This document shows positions 25,066 through 36,502 of a stretch of 64,000 nt of DNA, in pieces. Location: assembly GCA_009103225.1 (NCBI GenBank), contig RHPI01002823.1, forward strand, positions 195,104 through 259,103, in the 5' to 3' direction. The position numbers and the translations under genes were made by a program. Position 1 is the stretch's first letter; every line of letters starts with the position of its first letter. This stretch comes from Chlorokybus atmophyticus. Lineage: Eukaryota; Plantae; Mesostigma and Chlorokybus algae. Under the pieces are notes generated by a model, which worked only from the letters and a program-made list of their open reading frames with translations, made no database searches and was not told the origin of the DNA.

Positions 25066-26794
25066 TCAAGCCTCATAGTTCCATGACACATGAGGGTAGT
25101 CACAGCGCATATCCATTGTTTCAAGCATGAGACGCCCTATGCAATCCGCCATTGCGGGAGGAACTGCATTCGCTATGGAAACGGCCGAGGTCATCCATGG
25201 CACTCTCAGCGCTGTTTGCCACGCAGCAATGCCGCCCCTGGTGCTTGGAAGGCCATAGACCGGGTACATCTGCTGTGGCGCGTTTGATGTCACGATTGTC
25301 TTCTTCGCGCTAGCGGACAGGTGCGGCGATAGCAGTCCAACTGCTTTGCCCGCGTGCGAGCAGCGTGCTGGTGGGGTAGCTACCACTGGCTGTGTCTCAA
25401 ACAAACGGTGTCGGAAAGTTGATAGGCCAAACATCGTGCCACAAAGGGACAGATTGGGTCTGAATGAGGAAGCTGCTCCTGGCACATTCTCAATCACAAA
25501 CTTGACCTGGCTTGCAAGCAGCAGACGTCGGACGAGCGGTATCATATCCTGGTGTCTCCAGGATGTGCCATGTGCCGCCCGTTGAGGTGCCCGGATAGCA
25601 CCTGAATAGGCATGGCATGGTGGACTGGCCCAGATGAGCTCGTACTCGCTCAGCTCTCATGCACTCAGGGTGCATACATCGCGGTGTATGAAGGGCAGCG
25701 GGTACTCAGAGGAGGGACTTATGTCCATCCCGGTCACGTTAAAGCCTGCGTGATATAGACCGACACTGGCACCGCCACCGCCGCAGAATAGGTCGAGTGC
25801 CCGTGGTCTGCGTGTGCGTCCCAGCTTGTTGTCAAATGGCGTGTATGTGGTCAAGGCTGGCCGTGGTGCTGGCCAGGGACTAACAATGATGCCGTCCGGG
25901 CTTACTTTGCGACTGACGTTCTCCCCTCCGGCGCGCAGAACATGGCGTGCCCCGTCAACTGATGTGTACGCGAATACGTTGTGCCCTTTGAAGTTGATGG
26001 TTTGTGGTCGATCACCGTCATCGAATACTATACGGTGCTGCCCTGCAAAGACATTTTCCATTGCACCATGCATATATGATGCGTCCTCAATCTCGCACGC
26101 CACGAAGCGATGCTGACCTGACGCTTGCTTGAATGATTCCACAACGCCCGCATACCATTCCCCATCCAGCGGCCAATGCACCATGACACTCACACCGATC
26201 AGCTGCTCGCATCCCAACTTAACTGCGTTCCGCAGCCGATGCAGTGCGCTGTCCAACGGTCGATGGTCTGCCTCCTCTACAGCGGCCAGGGGATGGAATT
26301 GCCCACGCCCACACCGTGCAAGACTGCTCTGAATGCGACCACAGCTTTAACATGCATGAAATAAGCATACGCCCAACATAACATGCAGTGATACGTCGCG
26401 GTCCACTCTTGTGGATTACCTCCACAGCATCCACCACCTGTCCACTAACCACATGTCCCGGTGTTGTCCATGTGAAGAAGCGCATGGGTTCCCCTCGCCA
26501 CTCGAAGCATGAGCGCGAGCACGATTCGCACACGCACTGCACGCAATGGAAAAACTCGGGTTCCTTGCACAGCACTTGGCCGAGGCGGCAGCCAAACACG
26601 TCGACATTGTGTGTGGTGTGATGCCAGCAAGCAGCACTAAAACCGTGGCACACTGTCTGCACTCGCTGGCATTCTGTCAAGTGTGCTCGCATTTGCTGCC
26701 TACGGCCATTGGCACATACGTACGCATTGCATTGTGGGTACTCCAAGCATGGTCTCCTAGGTGAGGGTGATTCAACTGCTGCCGCCGACATCAT
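25066..26794 (-). pseudogene. Tudor domain + phage/bacterial-type cytosine-5 DNA methyltransferase fusion, spliced, one in-frame TGA
   Basis: Motif I LDLFCGGGG (~25770-25798), IV WASPPC, VI IENVPG, LCGTMFGL, VIII RHRLFET and X ANAVPP. Upstream Tudor IGVSVMVHWPLDGEWYAGVVESF...HRIVFDDGD. The reading frame continues directly across TGA at 25657-25659 (TLSA*ELSEYELIWASPPC). Introns at ~26425-26333 and 26117-26043. Confidence 0.88.
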
Positions 26795-27411
26795 GCAAAA
26801 TAGGAATCGGCACGGCTGCCCACAAACTGAGCGAGACTTTAGGGTATGGGCATCAATTAAGGGTTGCCAGCTTACGAACCCTAAATGGGTCAAACTTCAA
26901 GTGAAGCACAACTGTACCTTATACGCTATTGCAGTACCATGCATGATACTTCATCAACATGAATGGTACTCCATCTGTTAATGGTACTACAGTACAAGGA
27001 TACTCGCATACTACCACGATCGTAGAGTAATACTGTGCTGTCATGCCATGGAACCCAGAGCGCTGTCCAAGTTTGTCGCTGTCAACCACGCTCCAAACCA
27101 GCGAGGTATGCAAGCCATGCACTGACTCATGCGCCGGGCAGACATCATACACATGTACAGCCAATGCTTCTAACAACAGCAGATCTCTGGTGCACCATGC
27201 ACCATGCTGCAATTATACATGTACCTACATGGTTCACAGGAAGCCAACACAAAACTACAATACATGCACAATTGGCATCAAGGCGGGGGCCAAATCACCG
27301 CCGACACGTTGGCGTCTTGCATCAGGCGTGGCGACCAAAACGGGTGAGGTTGCTTGCAGAATGGACACGCTTGTAGATTCTTTGATTTATTTGCCACAGT
27401 CTTCTGATGTG

Positions 27412-30400
27412 CTATGATGCAGACATGGCACATCGCTTTCTTGCAACAGGGCGTCTCCCCATCCGCTGGAGGGGTGGCTCTTCAATGCGACAAATCAGCA
27501 CACATGGTGCACGCGGGTGTGCAAGCTGCCTCTGCCACCAAACTCTGTTATCGCGTCGCAGGCGTAGCGACTCCCATCTGAGTGGCGCAGCATAACGCTC
27601 CACTGCCTCCTCGATCACCTGACGCCCATCTGCCGCCATACACCACCTGCTGGTCTTGGTGGTCTCGTCCAGCATGCGTTTATCCAGGCCCTCGACATGG
27701 CTGTCGTCACTCGTGTACTCCCCCGCATCGTCATTTTCTTCGAGCTTCCGCAGAATAAGCTCGATGTGCCGTATGACATACAGCCACTGCCAGCCAAAGC
27801 ATGCCAAGTACAGCTCAAATGGTTTTACTTGCCACCCAGTATGTTTGCTCAGGTAGTGGCACACATCTCGACCCGGATTAGTCGACATCGACAGGTACAT
27901 CTGCTGCAGCAGGTTGAAAGTCTGCTCCGCATATAGCTCTTGCACATTGCCGGGTTGCTGCGGCAGCAACAACACCATCATATCGAGGACGGCAAGGGGC
28001 AACAACGTACTACGGATGGCCATATCGTGTATGGGTTCCAACCACGGCCAATCCCAGAGGTCTGTTTAGACCGCATCTTCCGCGTTTGCTCCCACTTATT
28101 GCAAACTTTCGTCACCCACCTCGAGGCATGCCGCATGCGGTGATGCAGCGCGTCTTGGGCGTACTGTAGGGTGATCAACTCCTTTGCACTACGAGTCAGC
28201 CCCTCAAAGCGTCTGCGCGTTGGTGCTTTGAGCTTAGGCAGCTCGTGCCGCACCGGCTGTCTTTCTGGACGATGCTGAGCAGCCACTTGACGCTGTAAAC
28301 CCGCCTGTGCCTACTCAGAACACACAGTCAGCCCCAGAAAGGCTTCAAGGCGATGTGCTTCTTCTAATGTTGTAACGATGCCTCACCTTTCCTTTTTTGA
28401 TCCTGTCAGCGTCTTTTGTTCTAACAACCTTCTTCTTTTTTTTTTTGTCACCCTGCACATCCTGGAAGGCGCTCTCCGTGGCACTGTCACTCAGAGCAGG
28501 TAAGGCGTTATCTTCTTGCTCCACAGCCTTGCGCTTGTTGGTTGCCTCCCGTTCCTCCACGACCTCATGTTGCTTCATGAGGTCGAGCATGAAGCCTTTG
28601 TCTTTCAGCGCAGCTTTCAGGACACCTCGATCAATCTCTTTACCAACAAGACAGGCTGGGATCAATGTGGCAAGCTTAGAGGGAGAGGGCGAGCTACAGC
28701 TGCTTCTTGATGGAGATGCCTCCGGATGGTCAGAGTGCGGTGGCAAGTGAGTCTCCGCGGCAGGAAGGGAGGGTGCTGAATTGGGATTGCGAGCATGTGG
28801 CTGTGGTTGAGGGGAGGCAGGATGTGCAGAACACTCGGCTGCTTCTTGCCTAGCACACGAAGGCAAGGCCTGAGGCGTTGGCGCAGCATTCTGGGTCACA
28901 GCCGGTGGTAGCGGGGAATTGGCAACGCCTTTTCGCCACTCTCCGATCAGGTGTGTTACCTCCAATGGCACTTCATGCATAGGCCACGACCACTGTTCGG
29001 TGCTTGCAAACTTGAGGAGCCAAAAGTGTGCTTCTGGCTCATCAGGAGCAGTGTTGCCCACCACCAGGACTGAGTTGGGGGCTTCTTTATTTCCAACCCA
29101 AACTGCGCTGCCGGGCCGTGGCACCCATTCCCCATGCTCGCGCTGAACGATCACGCAGCCAATCAACAAGCCCAGCTTGTTGGCAAACATGGTCATCATG
29201 GTCATGTCATGGTCATCATAATCTGCAGGTGCTTGACGTACACATCTTTTCTCCGCACGATCTGTCGCACCTTGGCCATGGCTAGGTCAATGTTGCAGTT
29301 GACATCAGCCAACATGGTCGCAGGCAGTTTGTCGTAATACTGCGCCATCTCTCCCGCGGCACCAGTGGCTGTGCAGAAGTCTAGGATTCTGCTCGCCACA
29401 CCTGCATCGACAGCCTTGGCGGTGATCTTGCGGAGAGTGTGCCCCCTGCCGTCGTCGTCCATGGTGTCCAGCATGGCCCAAAATCTGCTCGAGCTGGGGC
29501 ACTTGTGATCATTCAGGACACTTTGCGCTATGGATGGCCTGGCGCAAAATACACAATGGTAGAAGCAATTACCATCCGTTGGCGCATTGAAGTGGTCCCA
29601 TGAGGCGAGCTGGCCACCTAGCATGACTGATGGCCGTATGCGGGTTGCGGCCAGCTCCTCTGATGACTCGCTGGCAGGTGGTGACCCCTGCTGCATGCGC
29701 ATACAGCACTCACATGGTGTGTCCAACTGTGGACGGCAAGAGTCACAGTGACTGATAAAGTACCTGAGATTGGGGCAGACTGCCGGCTTCAACTTGCAGC
29801 GGGTGGGGTAAGGTAGGTGCAGAAGCCACATCGATTGTTGCATTTTGCTGTGGTCTCGCCGGTGGCGGCAAGAAGGATTGTTGCCCCGCAATCACCGGTG
29901 CTGCTCGTGGAGGAGATGGCACTGCATGAAGGACTGGTGCCGCGGAAGGTGGTTGCGCTCTGGCTGGGAGGGGAGCAGGAGCTGCAGGTGAGACCACTTG
30001 TGCATGCAGCAAGGGGGGCTGTATACAGGACCCAGGATAAGATGGCTCACAATGTTGCAAAGGACGAATATAAGCTTATGCAGTGCCTGACGCATTGTTA
30101 CCAAGGCACGAGCATAAAAGACAGCGACTTACCTCAATGGCCCGTGGGTTGCATGGAGCAGGGGAAGCCATGGGGGCTGACAAGGTGGTATTGGCTGCAC
30201 TCTCCCTGCCACCCTCCATGGCAGACTCGTCACGGAGCTCGTGAGCCATGGGCACATCATGCGCCACTGCCCCAATGGACATGTCGGGATTCAACAGGCC
30301 AACAGGCATGTTAAACTGATGCCGCATTGCCGCCGCGCTCATCGGCAAGTGGGATCGAAGGACCAGTTGCTGGGATTAAATCCAGGCTTGCATAGGAGCT

Positions 30401-31300
30401 CCAACAGGATCTAGTGCACTGTGGTGCTGTCAACCAATCACATGTGGGTTAGCTGCATGCTTGCAACACTGCAATTGCAATAGTTAACTGCGTCACACCG
30501 TCATCAGTTGGTTGCTTCGAACAGTCACCTGCGGCATTGCTGGTTGATGCACGAATGATTGCATGGACTGCGTCATTGCTGGTTGATGCACTATTGGTTG
30601 AATGCCGGACGAATGGCCACGCGCTCCTGTTCTCAAACCCAGCCAATTTCGTTCGGCACGCGCGCGCGACTTCGCACGCTCACGCACATCCTAGCATGCA
30701 AAGGTAGGCATGCATTGGGGCCGACATTGCAGTCAACATGCACAGCGAGATTGGCAACAACATACCGCCGCCCAGCTCTGTCTATCTGCTCTTGCTTCCG
30801 CAATGTCGGCTTGACTCTAGGGTGGGTATGGGTGAATAGTGGAGGCCTGCAGCCACGCTACATATATCACATGGACTGCGCTAAAAAACAAATTGCTCTT
30901 GCAAGGAAATGCATGTGACTGTTGAGCGTACCTCTGCATTCCTTTGTGCTTGTTCCCACATCCGCAATTGGTTCCGCATGGTTCTGACAATGGGGCTCCA
31001 AGGACTGCAGCTCCTGATCCACTCCTTGTTGCAGAAAGCGAGCCACCAAGCAGCTCTCTGTGTGAAGATGGTATTTAATGGCTTGCCTGTTGGTTTGTCC
31101 AATGTTGGTGATGCATGTTGGACAGCCCCATTGCTGACGCCTGCCATGATCCATCACGTGGCGACCGGTAGTAGCTGGCTTCGTTGCTTGAACTCTTACG
31201 ACCACAACTTCTCGCAAGATGTGCCACGCCGCCGCCGCCGCCGCCGCCTCCTCCGACTCCTGGTCCTCCGCCTCCTAGTCGAACCCAGGCCCATCAAGCC
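27412..31300 (-). pseudogene. Large spliced gene with OTU-like cysteine protease domain, copy 1 (frameshifted)
   Basis: FNAPTDGNCFYHCV (~29560-29590) matches the OTU catalytic DGNC motif. It continues into ORF 28345-29205 once a 26-bp insertion at ~29195-29220 is removed, then via an intron into 27978-28286 and by frameshift into 27412-28041. The 5' end is uncertain. Confidence 0.65.
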
Positions 31301-31750
31301 TGACATTCGACCCGTCATCGACCTGGTGCCCCTGCGTGCCATCATCCGGCCATCAATGAAGCGTGTTTGGGTGAGTGCATGCTAACTCCCATTTGGGCTG
31401 ATCGAGCAATGCCTCTGTCGTACCATGGATGGTACGACAGAGCCATTGTACGGCAATCGCTGGGGTTGGACGAGAGATGCCTCTGTCGTACCATAAATGT
31501 TACGACACAACCATTGGTAACAATGGTTGTACGAAGCATGCATGGCACGAATGCATAAGTCGTACCATCAACCATAGGAGCAAGGACGCACTACAAGTGC
31601 GACTCTAGTGCGGGACTCTAGACGTTCAAAACCGCCTCATTTTCGTTTTCGCGCCTCATACATTCGGGCGGGCCAACCGGCGGCGGCAGCGTTGGAGGCG
31701 GCAGCGCCACTTACAGCTAAACAGGCGGCACCCGACTATCAGTTGGAGAG

Positions 31751-33578
31751 ATGCCTCGTGGTCCATCCGTAAGTGCACCTCGTCGTGGAGGTCGGCGCCA
31801 GTTGTCCACATTGCCCCCAGTGTTCAACCAGGCAACCGTCGCCAACCAATCGCAGCAAGACCCCGCGCTAACGCCCAGCACATCACAACAACTCCACCTG
31901 ACACCGCAGTCGCAAGGGCAAGCTAGACTGCATGCGTTCTTGATGCACTGTGCACGTTGCTTCTTGCTCAACTTCTAACTTGGATGCTTGCTTCTATCAT
32001 GACTAGCACAGTGACTCACTGCATGCGTTCTGGATACACTGTGCACGTTGTTCTTCTTTTGCAACTGTGAGGGTTGCATCTTTCATGGCTGGCAGCATGA
32101 CTCATGTGGTTGTGCTTGCAGAGGGTCGATTGGAACCCCCAACCCAAACGCATTTGGCCGTGACGTGGCAACCTCGGCCGTCAGCAACCCTTCCCCAAGC
32201 AAGTGGAAGATTGGCAACGAGGTAAGCACTGTGTGACACTGTGACACTGTGTGTATGTGTGTAACGGATTGTTCTTCTGTGGACAGCATTTGCGAGATGC
32301 CGTCGTTGAAATCATAAACGGCCACTGGGTAGAGAGCCACGTTTATCCCAAGGAGGACACTATTCGTAACGTCATGTGTCAGGTGCTGTGAATGCTTCAT
32401 GACCGCACTGCACCGTGACACTGACCAACCTGCCCGTGACAGGTAGTTGGCTTCGACCATGACGACGAGGCCGATGCGGCCAAGTTCTATGAGGTGTACT
32501 GGACTCCCAAGGAGTGCCCCTTCCACTGGAGTGTCGCCCTGAAGAAAGCTACGCAGGTCCGGTCTGAGAACGTCACCAAGATCAAGCATGTCCTTGAGAA
32601 GGAGTACAAGTGGACACTGTTTAACAGCAACAAGCGCAAGTGAGTTGGGTCCCTCACCACCATGTCTGCTATGCAACACTGCCTTCTTACTCAGCCTCCA
32701 TACACACGTACTCATCTCGCCTATTGTAACCGATTCAATCAGGCACATCGACGCCCTAATGGACCCCGAGACCCAAAAAGCCCAGATGCGCAACGCGCTC
32801 CAAAGTAAGTCACAGGCACTATTCTAGCCTGGTGCAGGCTCAACTTGAACTATCTATTTCGTGACTAATGCCTTGTCGGTATGACTGTCGCAGACAAGTC
32901 ATGGCGGAGATTTGAGGTGACCGACACTGCAGACCCGGAGCGGAGGAGATACATCCATGAATGGGGCAATCCCATAATCTGGCAAATGATCGTGCAATGC
33001 TGGTCTTACGCCGTCACTACACCTGGTCGCCGGCAGCTGACAGTCAACCACCTCGCATACCTGTTGCTTACGGTGAGCACTCTGAACTCCATCATTAGCA
33101 ATTCAGGAATGCTGTAGCCCCAAACTACAGGCTTGCAGACGCGTTGCAGTGAATAGTGGCTTTCGATGCCACTAAGACATGCCTGTAAACTACGCAGGTG
33201 GAGCGCATCCTAAAGGGCAAGGATGGAGACCCTCTCCTAGCTGCCAGCATAGACACACATGAAGAGTACCTCAGCGAAATCAACACCATAATCATGTCAA
33301 TGAAGCGGGAGATGAGGCAACGGTACGCAGCCCTCCAGCCATTCACCCTTGTGAAACGCCGCACTGCATCTTGTGTCGAATACCTGAAAGATCCCAATCG
33401 GCGCCGGTCGCAAGAGACAGCAGCTCGTGACCCGCTCGCTGAGGCAGAAGCGGCATTTGATTGGCTGGCACAACCGTTTGAGGAGGAAGAGCAAGCTCCG
33501 GCATCTCCTCCACAGGCCCCAGCGCGTGGTGCTTTGTTCCGTAATGACGAGCAAAGCGATGATGGAGAGGAGCTGTAG
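31751..33578 (+). CDS. Uncharacterised multi-exon cargo protein, copy 1
   Basis: GT-AG exons: MPRGPSVSAP..., RGSIGTPNPNAFGRDV...KWKIGNE|HLRDAVVEIINGHWVESHVYPKEDTIRNVMCQ|VVGFDHDD...WTPKECPFHWSVALKK...|...IHEWGNPIIWQMIVQCW...|VERILKGKDGD...DGEEL*. No disabling change seen. Confidence 0.65.
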
Positions 33579-33939
33579 CGCAGTTGGTAGTCCGTTTAGC
33601 TGGTAGTGTACATAGCTACAAGGCTCTTGTGACTGAGTGTTGTGCATCTTAAACCAGCTCAGTCAATCGTCATTATGCTCATGCACATCAATACTTGCAT
33701 CCATATGATATACAATAGAACTGCATTCGAGTCACATAATCGAACTACAAGCCTTGGCAAGTGATTGAGAGACACTGTACACATTTACACAGGTACATGT
33801 ACACAGCACAGGCACATAACAATGCTGGAAGTCAGTGACAATCGCGTGTAGTCAAGCTATGCAAATACATATGACGACAGTTAGGCATTTGTCACCTTCA
33901 GTTGTTAAAGAATGCATTATTTTGTCGATAATTACCTAG

Positions 33940-34300
33940 TTGGTGCTTGTTAATTAGGCTTAGTCGCCTGCGCTGGACTGGTGTGTAACCTGCAGGTGCC
34001 TGTCACATAGGCTGAGTCACCTAAGTAATACTAATGTGTAACTTGCAGGTGCCCGTTGATTAGTTGTAGTCACCTAATAAGGCCTGATGTGTAACTAACA
34101 GTTGCCTGTAAATTACACAAAGTCATTTGTTGAGGCCTGGTGTGTGACTAACAGGTGCCTGTTAATTATATGAAGTCACCTGTTAAGGCCTGATGTGTAA
34201 CTAACAGGTGCATGTTAATTAGGCATAGTCAACTGTTAAAGACTAAATTGTAACAAAAAGGGCCTGATAGTAACGGAAGTTACTATTAGGTCCCCGTATC
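33940..34300. repeat. Degenerate ~40-45 bp tandem (subterminal-like) repeats, mirrored at ~36050-36350
   Basis: Repeated GGCCTGATGTGTAACTAACAGGTGCCTGT...AGTCACCT units. The reverse complement array precedes the copia insertion. Confidence 0.8.
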
Positions 34301-36502
34301 AAGATTACAGGTGGCCTCAGCCACGACAGTCTAAATTAGTGTCCTCAGGTGCACGGCCGTTGCCAATATGTAGTCGGCCGGCAGGGAAAACATATTGCGA
34401 CAACCTTGCAGGTCGCAAATTTAATTGGTTTCGAAGTGATTGCCACGTACTTGTGTCGGGTGAACATGTTGGCTGCGCTGCTTCCAGTAGTAATGATGTG
34501 GACGAAGCCGGGGTCGTTCATCATTATGTACAAGTAAACTCGATGGAGTTTACGTATGCCCATCAGTCGGCATGCATCAACCTAGGTCTTCAATTGCTTT
34601 ATACGGCCTTAATATAGATGGACTCATTGCATACACTGGCATTTGTCTGCACGATGTTCATGTTTTGTGCATAGTTACATGACAAACTGTGCAGATGGCT
34701 TGAACTTCGACCGTTTTCGAAGTTTGATTGGAAACTTGAAGTCAAGGCCATCGCTGTCATACTGCATGATGCCAGCCGCGTGCCCTCACATTCGCGCCGC
34801 AGTGCTCGCCCCGATCGATCGCCGTGGGATCAACATGAATGACAATACGATACTCCCATACAAGTTTTTTGTATCCTCGTACCATACACGATGTTTGACG
34901 TCGTAAATTGTTTGGATCGGGGGCTGTTGGTGGAGGACGTCCCCTTTGCATGCGATGTCTTCAAGAGACAATTTCCCTCAAGTTGAGGGATTTTGTACGG
35001 CAATTGCCTGCATGCTTACAGGTGAATTAGTTGCGCTATAATTAACATGTATATAATTGTTGCTGCAGTTACATATGAGTGTTTGTAGCCTATGGTGGGC
35101 GTGCATGACAACGCATTTTGCCTCATTAACGGCAATGACCATATTGTTGGCGCATGCCTGCACAAAAACATTATTTTTCGGATTGGACGTGAAGGGGCCA
35201 CAGAGCAAAAACGATTTGACGACTTGGTGTGGAGGATGGGGAACAAGTATTGTCATTCAACGAGTGGAGCGTTGAGATTGGTAATGTGTACTGCAGCTAT
35301 AATTTGTTAATGTATTTAGCCCAGCATGGTCTACATGCCAGCCACTCGTCTGTGTGGAATCACGGGTGTCGTCCTTGTGTGTGTCAAGGGAAAAACGTAA
35401 ACATTCGTGATGACCCGTTGTATGGGATATGGACTTGCCCTCGATGTGTCTTAGGTGAGGGTTGCATTGGATATCCTGTGCGCTATATAGTGTATGCATC
35501 ACGGGTCTTCATGATCTCGCAGGCCCATCTCAGAACCATCATGACCATGTAATCCTCGTGTATGGCAAGCAGTGTCGCTTGATGCGCTGTCTCTGTTAAT
35601 AGATCGCATCACGCATGATGCAGCTGCTGAAGCAGCTCATGATGCCCCACCAGCTGATGGGGCGCTGCCGCGCAATGCTTTTAACCGCGCGTGTGCGTTG
35701 CATGAGACGTATGATGTCAATTTGTCTGAGTACCTTAATCTCAAGACGCCTTGATGTCTTAAGCCAACAACTATGATTGTGGTTGAACTTTTGCAGCGCC
35801 CTGGTAATCTGGTGTTGGTAAGTACTTGGGCATGTTGTCTTTGAGCAGGGCCAGGATGTAGATGTTGATGATATAATCATTGCAGTGGCCACCCAACATG
35901 GCACACGTCGTCGCAATATGTTTTCCCTGCCGGCCGACTAAATATTGGCAACGGCCGTGCACCTAAGGACACTAATCTAGACTGTCGTGGCTAAGTCCAC
36001 CTGTAATCTTGATACAGGGACCTAATTGTACTTTCGTTACTATCAGGCCCTTTTTGTTATAACTTAGTCTTTAACAGTTGACTATGCCTAACTAACAGGC
36101 GCATGTTAGTTACCTATCACGCCCTAAAAGATGACTTTATATAATTCACAGGCACCTGTTAGTTACACATCAGGCCTTAACAGGTGACTTCATATAATTT
36201 ACAGGCACCTGTAAGTTACACATCAGGCCTTAACAGGTGACTACACCTAATTAGCAGGCACTCGCAAATTACACATCAGTATTACTTAGGTGCCTCAGCC
36301 TATGTGACAGGCACCTGCAAATTACACACCAGTCCACCGCAGGCGACTAAGCCTAATTCACAAGCACCAACTAGGTAATTATCGACAAAATAATGCATTT
36401 ATTAACAACTGAAGGTGATTAATGCCTAACTGTCGTCATATGTATTTGCATAGCTTGACTACACGCGACTGTCACTGACTGCCAGCATTGTTATGTGCCT
36501 GT

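Larger units (their letters stand above)
21760..34401 (+). mobile_element. Plavaka-type DNA transposon region, copy 1 (transposase + 3 cargo genes + terminal repeats); left end not defined
   Basis: Contiguous gene-dense block from the transposase to a repeat-rich end (33900-34400). Its right 5.2 kb is duplicated in inverted orientation from 35910, which supports a repetitive unit. That the transposase and all cargo belong to one element is inferred. Confidence 0.65.

Noticed and set aside
25066-26256. Bacterial or phage contamination explaining the MTase
   Set aside because: The gene has GT-AG introns, is fused to a eukaryotic Tudor domain and is contiguous with spliced TE genes.
32083-32793. 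236-aa minus-strand ORF (and its copy at 42425-43135)
   Set aside because: Antisense to the spliced plus-strand gene whose GT-AG exons explain the region.
34657-35502. Minus-strand frame broken only by TGA (UGA=Trp code gene)
   Set aside because: Better explained as the in-register antisense shadow of a decayed plus-strand ORF; the peptide is not protein-like.
33900-36500. Independent small TIR element (MITE) with a 1.5-kb interior
   Set aside because: The inversion continues for another ~4.6 kb on both sides, so these are inner parts of larger inverted copies.
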